This document shows, piece after piece, positions 46,983-56,689 of a stretch of DNA of 56,689 nt (its first letter is position 1; each line of letters starts with the position of its first letter). The DNA is from Balamuthia mandrillaris (lineage: Eukaryota). The notes beneath the pieces are model-generated. The model was not told where the DNA came from and made no database searches. It saw only the letters and a list, made by a program, of their open reading frames with translations. Both the position numbers and the translations under genes were made by a program. The DNA is taken from the NCBI GenBank assembly GCA_031835245.2, contig JAVKOQ020000054.1:186001-242689 (forward strand), in the 5' to 3' direction.

Positions 46983-47171
46983 GATAGGACAGAGAGAGAG
47001 AGAGAGAGAACGCTTACCATAACCAATAGCGTACGCTCCGTTGCAGTCGGCTTTGATGAACTCAGTGGCTGTCATTTTGGCTGCAGAGGCACATTGTTGT
47101 CCAAGCCCTTCAGCGCCCCCACAGCACCAAAGCATCACCGCACAAATCACCGCGAACAATCCTGCCCTCAT
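32973..47171 (-). CDS. Giant secreted protein of YadA-head/phage tail-fibre-like repeats; ten large modules, dozens of micro-exons, C-terminal coiled coil
   Basis: Signal peptide MRAGLFAVICAVMLWCCGGAEG; repeats AxGxGAxAxGYG, SFAHGINxEA, IFSVGxG..N.L.V..G, GAGVRLxWYGSRGAFRAGKA..QWNE..IGDYSAAFG; GT-AG junctions that keep frame; stop at 32973. Confidence 0.8.
33970..34074. repeat. (AAGAAC)n hexanucleotide microsatellite in an intron
   Basis: About 17 tandem copies. Confidence 0.92.
39250..44780 (-). repeat. Tandem ~1.2-1.3 kb segmental duplications (five near-identical adhesin modules)
   Basis: Exon WREEGSSLFRTASGSLVINSVEDLSNTNFDGLSGSGATVEGAGVRLVWYGSRGAFRAGKATNTQWNE repeated at ~39.5, 40.8, 42.1, 43.3 and 44.6 kb. 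Confidence 0.93.
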
Positions 47172-47724
47172 CCTTCCTCCCACGGCCAACTCATACAAGT
47201 ACAAAAAAAACTATAACGGCCCTGACAGCTGCGTTCAAGGAACGGTCTTCCAAAGAAAAGAAAGGGATCACAGTCCTTGTTTGCTTGATTTGGAGTACCC
47301 GACACGCCGATAGAGAGAGAGCGGGTGGCATTACAAACCGCTGAAAAGGTTTTTATCAACCAAATTTTCCTAAAGTGGAAAGGGAGAACCATGTTGCGCT
47401 GTGCCGCTTGAGTCAACTCAAACCTGTGGTGCTGACGAGGTTGCTGCTTGGTGTTTGAAGGGGGTCTGTGGAAACCGTGTTGTTCACAGACAGGAGGATC
47501 CGAGCCACCCTTCGCTCCACCCTCCTCGCATGCCATGAAATAACCCTGCTTGATGGAAGTGATTCTGCCCGTCTCTAGCATTGGATTTGTGCCCTCGTTT
47601 ACGGAGAAGGCTTTCTTCCCCTGTGTAAAGGTCGAACATGAGGTTCGCGTAGATGACGCTACGGTGGCCTTGGCCTTTGTTTTCTTTCACCTTTGCTTGA
47701 ATTGTGTTTATTTTGAAAAGCATA

Positions 47725-48574
47725 TCATAGTTTACCACCAAAGAAGAAGTTGATCTCTCGTGCAGCGCTTTCTTCAGAGTCTGGACAAGCATCACATGAG
47801 CAGTAACAAAAAGGATAGGAGAAAAGAGAGGGAAGGAGAGAGAGAGAGAGAGAGAGTGAGAAAAGAAGACCAATGAAGAAAGAGAAGAGAAAAGCAGTGG
47901 AAGTTGATAGCACAAACCAGAGCCATGAGTAGCATTGCGTGTGTCAGAGGTTGCATAGAGTGCCCGAATGCTGGTTGGAGCCTCTCGCAAAGCTCTTTGT
48001 TTGTGAGTGGGACCCATCAACGTCCGCCAGTCCGCTATAGCGTTATCTTTGCGTAGCACCAACGATACAATCGGACCACTGAATGGAGAGGAGAGTCAGT
48101 CATGTTTTTTGTGCCCTGTCTCTGCTCTTCTCTCTTCTTCTTCGTTTTTTTTACCGTTCTACAACAACTACGCATCTCCCTTCTCCCTTCTCTTTATCCT
48201 TTCCTCTTTTTTTTCCTTCTCTCTGCTCTCCTCCAAGCCCCGGACTTCAACCTTGTGATGAACGAGACTAGCCGCTGATAGAAGAACCGTCCTTCATGTT
48301 CCCCATAAAACCGTTCAGCGTCCTCGATGCTCAGCTGCAAAGTCTTCCAGTCCAACACCTCAAAGCCATTCCGCCGGATCAGATCAACGATCCCTCGAAA
48401 CGGATTGTTCTCAATTCCGGAACGTGTCGGCGTGGCAGAGTTGTGGGTGCGGTTGTTTGCAAAAGCGGAGGCCACCGACTGTTGGACAGAGGGCAGGGAT
48501 TGCTTGGGAAAGCTCGCCAGGAGGACATCCGGCTTGATGAGAGCCAACGTGAGCTGCTTTCTTGTTGCGTTCAT
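47725..48574 (-). CDS. NME6: Nucleoside diphosphate kinase, NME6-like
   Basis: QLTLALIKPD, FYGEHEGRFFYQRLVSFITSGP, WRTLMGPT, SIRALY..SDTRNATHGSDS..SAAREINFFF. Confidence 0.9.
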
Positions 48575-48830
48575 TTTCTTTTATTTTCTGTAGACATTCA
48601 TGACGACGTGATATGAACGTCAAATTCTTTGCATTGTTTGCATGCTGTCAGCGCCGACCAAAGGAGGAGGGACGAATACAGACTGGACGTGTCCACGGTG
48701 AAGACACTTTACACTGTAGACGGATTTGGGGTTGGATGAAGTTCGCACCCTGAAAAAGGGAATGATCATGTGCACCTCTTCGGGAAGAAAGGCAAAACAA
48801 ATTTTTTGTTGGTGGAGACCCAAACTGACC

Positions 48831-50488
48831 ATGAAGCTCAACGCCTCCTTTATTCTTCTTCTGTTGTCGGTGGTGGTGTGTATTCAAGCGCGGCCAGCTC
48901 TGGAGGAACAGTGGGTCACCATTCGAATCGATATTCGCTCCTCGGATCTGTCAAAAGACGCCCATCTTGAAACTCTCAGCGCGCTCGGTGTGGTGCATTT
49001 TCTGGAGTCCAAGGCCCCCAGGAGCCAGATGGCGGTGGAAGAGGCGGTCTATCCAGCGGACTTCATTGAAGCGTTGATAACCCGAGACCTCGTCTTCAAC
49101 TTGGATAATGCAGGCTATGAATGGAATTATACAGAAAGAATAGCAGAAAGCGAAGCTGAAGAACTAGTGGCAAGAAGCAGTCTTTACTCTCGGGACGTTG
49201 ACCAACTGGCACAAAGAGCAGCTGGGCGATGCACCCCAGACAGAGCGTATCACACAGAGGCACAGCTAGAGGCATTTTTAAACGATGTGGTAGAGCACTA
49301 CCCCAATATTGCGTCGCTACAGAGCATCGGCAAAACAAAGAACCGACACGACATTTGGGCTCTCACCCTTTCCGATAACCCCAGTTAACTTCCTTTCCAT
49401 ATACCTTCTCAGATTCACCCTTTCCTTCATACTTCTTTCTCTTGCGCTCAAAACATTTTTTTGCTGACCCTCTGTTTCATGCGTTATAGCCAAGAACGAA
49501 GACAACGAGTCAGAGTTTGTGTACATAGGTAATATGCACGGAGACGAAATCATGGGCAGACAGCTGCTGATCCATCTGATCACCACGCTGACGTCTCAAT
49601 ACGGCTCAAACCCCCGCATCACTCGCTTGTTGGACAACATTCATATCACAATTATCCCCACCATGAACCCGGAGGGCTATAACAACGGCTGGCGAGGAAC
49701 CCATTCGCCAAATGTAGACTTGAACAGGTATAACACGTCTCTTTATTTTGCATCAACGGTCCTACTGATAATCTCCTGGCAGAGACTTCCCTGACCAATA
49801 TAAGCTAGGCCGTTACGGGCAGGAGGAGGAGACCAAAGCCATCATGGCCTGGAGCAACCTCCACCACCCCAACATCATCGCCAACTTCCATGGAGGTGAG
49901 ACGGTGGTGGTTTTTCCCTTTGATGGCCTGCCCTCCGGAGAGACCTGGTACTATTCACGAAAGAACAACGCTTCGCCAGATGACCGTCACTACAGAGCTC
50001 TGGCTTTGAGCTACGCCTCCCAAAACCCTGTCATGCGCAACCACCGCCGCTTTGCCAATGGTATCAGTAACGGAGCTGAATGGTATCCGCTGTACGGCAG
50101 CATGGGAGATTGGCATTACCTCCACCGCGGCGCGTTGGAGCTTACAATTGAGCTGACCGTGGAAAAGTGCCCTCACGGCTCGGAGTTGCAGACCCACTGG
50201 GACCACAACAAGGAAAGCATGTTAGTGCTGATGGAGCAGAGCTTTTTGGGTGTAAAAGGACACGTGAAGGACAAGGCCTCTGGAAAAGGTTTGAAGGCCG
50301 TGCTTCGGATTGACCAGCTTCAACCAGTGGAGACGGATGAGGAACACGGAGACTACTATAGATTCCTTGCTCCTGGAGAATATAGAGTAAGAGTGTCAGC
50401 AGATGGATATCACGGCGAGGTCCGCGATTTCAAAGTAGAAGCTGGAAAGGAAGCTACTGTGCTGGATATTCATCTTACCAAAGCTTAA
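48831..50488 (+). CDS. Secreted zinc carboxypeptidase, M14B (CPD/CPE-like), with transthyretin-like C-domain
   Basis: Signal peptide; YIGNMHGDE, PTMNPEG, DLNRDFPD, NFHGG, NGAEWYPLYGSMGDW, ELTIEL, GVKGHV, GDYYRFLAPGEY. Confidence 0.92.
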
Positions 50489-50543
50489 CTGCTTTTCATT
50501 CACCTCCACTTTTTGTTATCGCAGGTATGAAAGAAATACGTTT

Positions 50544-53500
50544 TTATGTTCCACCTCCTTTTCCGGTTGTGGCTTCCTTCCACGCCCGATACCAACTCTC
50601 TACCTCCTCTTTCCCTACGTACACCTTCCAACTCGTAATGCCCACCTGTGGTTCTCTTCCATCGTTACTTGCACCGTGTCTCTCTTTTCTCCGAATCGTC
50701 ATAGGAACTTGTCCTTTCACCACATCCTTCGTGTCTTTGCTCAATTCCACTTCCAGCTCATCCAATAATACCGCCGCCTCCATGCAGTATGGCCTCTGAC
50801 TTCGTCCGTCACTTCCTTTGTCGCTGAGGAGATAAGCAATCTTCACCATGGATATGGAAGTGCCGCGAAACTTGGAGCTTCCGCTTTCTTTATCTACCGC
50901 CATCATTTCCTTCTTCTTTTTTGAGAATTGGGAGTCTTTTCCGGTTTTGGTGGCAATAACCAGCAGATCATTGAAGAGGAAAAGACGGACGCGACTGTTC
51001 TTCTTGCGGTTGTGCGTCTTGAAGGCTTGAAGATCAAGGAGCAACTTACGAGACCTACAGACTAAACCCTGTTTTGTGAAAGGAACTCTCAGGATAGAAG
51101 GACAAAGAAGAAACAGGAGAACAAGCAGTCAAATAAGAGACCTTGCTTCCTTGTATCTGCCCAAGGGCGTTCAACCCGTCTTTCTGTTGTTGAATTGTGA
51201 CGTCCACGAAGTCAGCTGTCTCAGACAGTGCGTCGTGTGCATCGGAAATGATCTGAAAGGTTCTTTGGGAGAGAGGAACGTCCTCCAGGTCGCACTCCCA
51301 CTCTGGTCGGCTTGACTCTGCCACTCTCATTAGTTCCTTTAAATTAAGTAAGTTAGCAATATTCAACACAAAAAAAAGGAGAATGAGAGAGAGAGAGAGA
51401 GAGGAGAAGAGCAAAGTAAAACAAAAACCTTAAAGAAAAGTACATAACGTGGTAACCGCTGAACGGGCATTATCAGATAAGCCGAGAAGTCAGTATATTC
51501 CACTGCAGCCTCCTTATCCAAGAGACGTTGACTGTAGAAATAGGCAAAGGAAGGAAAGGCACCCATGCAGTGCCGGAAACATGCTAAAGAGAAGGTGAAG
51601 TTATACTCTCCATATACTTGTCTCATAATGGTGGATGCACCGTGAAACAATTGCCCAATCTTCACTAATGCCTCCATTCTTGCCCTTGCGGTTATGTGAA
51701 TGTTGCTTTCCGACGTTGAAATGGCGTGCCTGCGAGTAGAAGGAGGAGTTCGTCCCCCTTCTTCTAAACGCTTCTCTCGTCTCTTTTCCAACGTAAGAAG
51801 AAACTCAGGCGAGAGAGGAAAGCTTGGGAGGGAATCCACTCTTGGAGGTGGAGCAGTTGAGGTCGTGGTTGATCTTCCTACCCCTTCTTCTCTGTCTTCT
51901 TGCCCTCGTTCTTCGTTTTGCGCTGTTGAGGCTCTACAAGTTCCTGCGCTTTGTTTTGCTCTACCGTCTTGTGTGGTTTGGCTTTTATTTTCCGAAGATG
52001 ATAGAGAAGGAGAAGAGGAGGATGCGCCCGAGCAGGACGTGGCAGTAGCCACTTTTCGCCATGAACCGTTGTGATGAGGAGAAGAAAGACTCCTATTTCT
52101 ATTGGAACCTGATGTTTCGTTTGTTTTCGACAGTTGGGAAGAAGAAGAAGAAGAAGAAGAAGAAGAAGAAGAAGAAGAAGAAGAACAAGAACAAGAACAA
52201 GAACAAGAACAAGAACAAGTAGAAGAAGAAGAAGAAGAAAACGTAGATGAACATAAATAAGAACCCGAAGTGTGGCAGCCAACTGTGTGGGATGTCGCAG
52301 ATGTTGAAGAAGATGACGAATTGGAATGGGAATGAGTCGAAGAAGCAGAGGTGAAGGACAAAACTTCAGAGGAGGAAGTTCTCGCGGAAGGCGTAGGAGC
52401 AGAAGAACGAAACGGAGACGCCAAGGAAAAAGCAGAATAAGATAATGGAGAAGAGGAAAGTGAGGTAGATATCATTCCGGGCAAAGACTGTGAAGATGAC
52501 GAAAACGAAGGTATAGAAGAACATGACGAGGAAGTCAAATCAGAGGCAGAACCCGACAAACAGCGAGAAGATGGATAAAATGTGGAAAACGAATCAACAG
52601 ATAAAGAAGCTTCCAACTCATCCAACACTTCTTCCAACGCATCCAACAAACGAGAGTGAATGGGTATCAACGTGGCAATTCCTCCAAAGATGTTATGCAC
52701 CATGTCCAAAGATAAGGCTTCATCGTCCCACTTTCCCTTAGGAGTCTCCCCGCTAAGCTTTCGGCGTTGTGCCTCGTAGAGTGGAACTACAAACGCCCGT
52801 ATTATGGTCTGCAAATGCCGAAAGTACACACATTCTGTTTCTAGTATCTCTTTCATTATCTTTATCTCTTTTGCTATTGAAAATAGATCGTTACCAATAA
52901 TGAAGCGAACTGGGTACACACAGGAGAACAAGGAGAGAAAGGGAGACACAAAGAGAGAGAGAGAGAGAGAGAGAAAGAGGGAGTGACTGAGTGGGACGGG
53001 CACCTTGCGAAACTCTTCGAGGGCTTGCAAAGACTGAACAAACATCTCCTCTTCTCAACGTGGACCCCGGCGAACTCTGTCTCGAACCACGAAGACTTCC
53101 CGTTCCTGGAAGGTTGTGGTTGTGAGCCATCAGGTTTCTCCCTTTGAGAGTCATGATAACTTTTGCCTTCTCCGCTTGAGCCTCGCGTACTGCAGCTCTT
53201 AAGGCTGGAGGAGAAGAAGGGTTTCCTTTGTTATTGAACTGGAGAGGTGGGGGATGTTTCTTTCTAAGGAGAGCTTCCGAGAGTTGATGACGAAGAAGCA
53301 GTTCGTCTCTTTCTCGTTCGCTCCGTTCTTTGCGTTTTTCCATAGAAGAAGGTCTTAACAGAGGATCCTCCTCTTCCTCGCATTCTTCCTTCCCTTCCTC
53401 GGGATTGTCCCTTTCGCCATAGGCTCTTTTCTTTTGCAGCAGTTCATCTTCTTCGTAGTCATCAACCTCGGCTGAAGAGTAGTTTTTGGAGGCCCTTTGT

Positions 53501-54135
53501 TCTTTGCGGCTCCTTAGTTCTGCCCGAAGCGAGGCGGAGTTCCTTTTGCCTTTTCTCTCCACCATTCTCTCTATCCTTTTGGCTTTTCTTGCCGTCGTCC
53601 GTTTCGCCTTCGCCTCGTTGATTGTTTCTCCAAAAGTTTCGGCTCTCTGTTGCACTTGGTCGTTGACAGCTTGTTCCTTTAGGAAGTGGTTCATGTTAGT
53701 TCCAAAGGTTTGGCTTCTTTGGTAGCTTTCCCTTCTGTTTGCCAAGTCGTAGCGAGACTCCGCTGCGACCGTTCTTCGCAGTCTCTCCATTTGTTCCTCC
53801 CCTCCTCCTTCAGCTGTGGTCTCTGGTTCGCTGTTCTTGAATTCTTTATCGTGAACCAGTAGCAGCAGCTTTTCAGCTCCCTCCGTCATTATCTCACACA
53901 GATGGTCTTCCTCTGCCGCCGTTGCTTGTTGTTCGTTTGGTTTTGTTGCTTTCATGCGATCCAGTTCCTTCTTGGGAGGTTGTGTTGTTGAGGCGGGGGC
54001 AGCAATGGCATCGTTGCTGTCTCTCAGCTTTGCCGCCCCTTTTCTCATTCTCTCGTAGAACTCGTAGGTTCCCCTGCGGTCAGATGCCCGCAACGTGCGT
54101 TTCTCGCTTTCAGGCTCTTGGGTTGGGTCCTCCAT
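50544..54135 (-). CDS. RhoGEF (DH-PH) protein
   Basis: IMKEILETECVYFRHL, IFGGIATLIPIH, YLIMPVQRLPRYVLF, R.LFLFNDLLVIA; a phase-1 intron (~52876-53002) joins the two long ORFs in frame. Confidence 0.85.
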
Positions 54136-54602
54136 GGTAAGGGAGTGCCAAAGTTACGCTCTCTCGTCTTTATTTATTTATTTTTTTTTTTTGGGGGGGG
54201 GAGGGGAGGGGGGGAGGAGGTAGGGTGGTTGGTTCTGGCTGCTTCTGCTTCTGCTTCTTTGTTTTGTTTTTCTTTGTTCTATTTGTTCCAAAAAAAGACA
54301 AATTGTGTCGATTGAGGGAACTATCTCCACTAACCTTGGAAGAGGAATGAATGGTCAGCGGACATGTCCACTGCAACCTCGATGAGCGAGCGTGATCTTT
54401 TTATAGACAAAACTGCACCCCCAGCGAGTCATGTTGGTAACTTTCACGTGAGCCGAAGTGGGTGATGTCATTACATACCATGTAAAGGCAAGTGTGACGT
54501 GCTCGAAAATACTCATTTCGCTTATGTAACATTTAACCATGTAAGGAATGTGTGACGTAAGGTTCAAATTGGGGAGAACAAAAAAGAAAAAGAAAGAACA
54601 GA

Positions 54603-54780
54603 ATGGAGATGACGACGTCCCACAACAAGAACAACAACAGCCACCAGCGGCACGTCCATTTTTTGGTGTTGGCCCAGTTCGACATCACCACCGGCAGCAG
54701 CATCTCGCAACAGTACCCTGAGCCCGTCACTTGCAAAGAATTCCCAAATGCCGGAAGCGCTTGTGAACAGTACTGTTTGA

Positions 54781-54852
<72 letters not shown>

Positions 54853-55936
54853 GTTTTTTCTTATTAAAGAATGGATTGATTTATTTTTTTATTCGTTGTT
54901 TTTGCAAGGTTTTTGGCAGAAATGATGTTGCCAGACGGTTTGCATAAACGCGATGATGATTGGACGATTTTCTTTTTGAATAGAGATGAACAAGTGGTAA
55001 CGATTTGCTTGCTCTCTTCTCCCGCTTTCTCTCTGTTATCTCATTTTGGTTTCTTTTCTTTACTTTTCCACTCCCTTTCTTTTTTGTTGGGCATGCAGAA
55101 AGGAGGACCGAAAGAGTCGTTACCTCATCTGGCTCCATCGCCGACGGCTGCTGCGTACCCGAAACAACACAATTATAACGATACTCTCATTTGGTACTTT
55201 GCTTTACTCTCTTCTCTCTCTCGCTCTCTCTCGCTCTCTCTCTCTCTTTCGCTGCTCTCTTCTCTTCTCTCTCTGATATTTTTTTGTGGGGTAACGCTCT
55301 TTTTTTTCTGGGCATAAAGTCCACCTTTTGAAGCGTTTCTATACGAATATGCTGAAGGACAAGATGAAGGTTCGGTTTGTTTTGCTTCGTTTGTCGACCT
55401 CAAACTCGTTGTTGTGGTCATTGCTTGTTGTTCTCTCTTCTTCGTCGCCTTCAGCGCTCCCTTGTTGTCTTATGTTGTTGTTCTTCTTGTTGTTCTTGTT
55501 GTTCTTGTTGTTGTTCTTGTTCTTGTTCTTGTTCTTCTTGTTCTTCTTCTTCTTCTTCTTCTTCTTCCTGTGTTCTTCTTTTTCTTCTGCTTCTTCTTGT
55601 TGTCCTTCTTCTGCTTCTCCTTCTTCTACTTCTTCTTAGATGTTGCCTCAACACAATAAAGGATGGTGTCTAAAGGGCAAGAAAAGCGTCTACTTGTTGC
55701 CAGGTAGTGTTGAAGTACATGAAATGAGCGGAGAAACTACTTACGCAATGTACACCTTTCTACTCTCTGCGTTATCTTCATCCTCTCTTTTGTTCCAGAA
55801 ACTCACATTTGACCCTATTATTTTTGTTCTGTACATATGAATAAAGAAATAAGCATGAGGACTTAGACTATACCCAATTAGAGCCAATGTTCTCCTGTGT
55901 GTTGCTGGATACGGGCGCTGCTTTAGGTCCTTTCTC

Positions 55937-55978
<42 letters not shown>

Positions 55979-56689
55979 CTGTTTCTTATTAACGCTATCA
56001 TCACAGGATTTAGATTTCCTTCAGAAGAAGTGGAAGCCACTTTCTCCAAACATATTGACGACATCATCGATGGCAATTTTCCAGGTAGCTACAATTCTTT
56101 TTGGTTGTATTTGTGTACTTAAGTGAAAACATTCTTGTATTCATTCTTTCGTTTCTCATGTGCTATTTTTATTGCAAAGATACATCAGTTAAAGCAGCAG
56201 GAGCCAACGACACAAAAGAGACAAATCAGGATTTATCTTCTTCTGTTTCAGCAGAACAACAAAGACCCTTCCTGTATTGTCTGAACCGAGTTACCAACTT
56301 GAAAGACGACAGCGTAAAGAGAGGGGCCGTAGTCAAGGCTATTTCTCTTTGTTCTCCTCATCCTTTTATTCATGTATTTAAGGTTTGATTTTTCTCATTT
56401 TGTTCTTCTGTACACTCTTCACTTTCTGCTCTTCTGTTCTGCTCTTTTTCCTTCTCTCTCTCTCTCTCTCTACCTTCCCCTCGCTTTGACTAAACATACA
56501 CATAAAAGCCATTATTAGTGCTAGCTCTGGATAATATATTCAAAGCTCAAGGCAAAGAAAGAGATATATTGGCTCAACTCTACGATTCCATCAATTCAAT
56601 AGATTTAAGGGAAATGCCTTCTCTCACAATGCATCAGATGTTGATGCTGCGTATGTCTCAAACACCAGATAAAGCCAAGACCGAGTTCT
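54603..56689 (+). CDS. Afi1/MesA-like (DENN-related) protein, 5' part, runs off the window
   Basis: LVLAQFDITTGSSISQQYP, LAEMMLPDGLH..DWTIFFLNR, LYCLNRVT..D.SVKRGAVVKAI..HPFIHVFKPLLVLALD. Confidence 0.82.

Noticed and set aside
52876..53045. Apparent programmed frameshift between overlapping RhoGEF ORFs
   Set aside because: A GT-AG intron containing a (CT)n tract joins the two ORFs in frame.
1..56689. tRNA, rRNA or other structured RNA genes
   Set aside because: None recognised by eye; tRNAscan-SE and Infernal would be needed to exclude them.

Overview
Compact, intron-rich eukaryotic DNA with short GT-AG introns full of (CT)n and (CTT)n tracts. Gene content and style suggest a free-living protist, possibly an amoebozoan such as Balamuthia; that assignment is inference only. 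About 22 protein-coding genes are recognisable: SBDS, gamma-SNAP, a VASt lipid-transfer protein, an APE2-like endonuclease, RRP9, meiotic HOP1/HORMAD, a VKOR-thioredoxin fusion, GatA, a divergent PCNA, cyclin Y, APC13, an LRR protein, a CTDSP phosphatase, prefoldin 3, NME6, an M14B carboxypeptidase, a RhoGEF, an Afi1/MesA-like protein, and a few unknowns. The standout is a ~14.2 kb minus-strand gene (32973-47171) for a secreted protein built from bacterial or phage-like trimeric adhesin/tail-fibre repeats. It has ten large modules and dozens of symmetric phase-1 micro-exons of about 54-60 nt, each coding one repeat, with mosaic duplication or conversion between modules. A small Cys-rich repeat gene lies tail-to-tail with it. 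A 2 kb CpG-depleted intergenic island with a ~190 nt hairpin is also notable. All exon structures were read by eye, and multi-exon CDS coordinates are start-to-stop spans.
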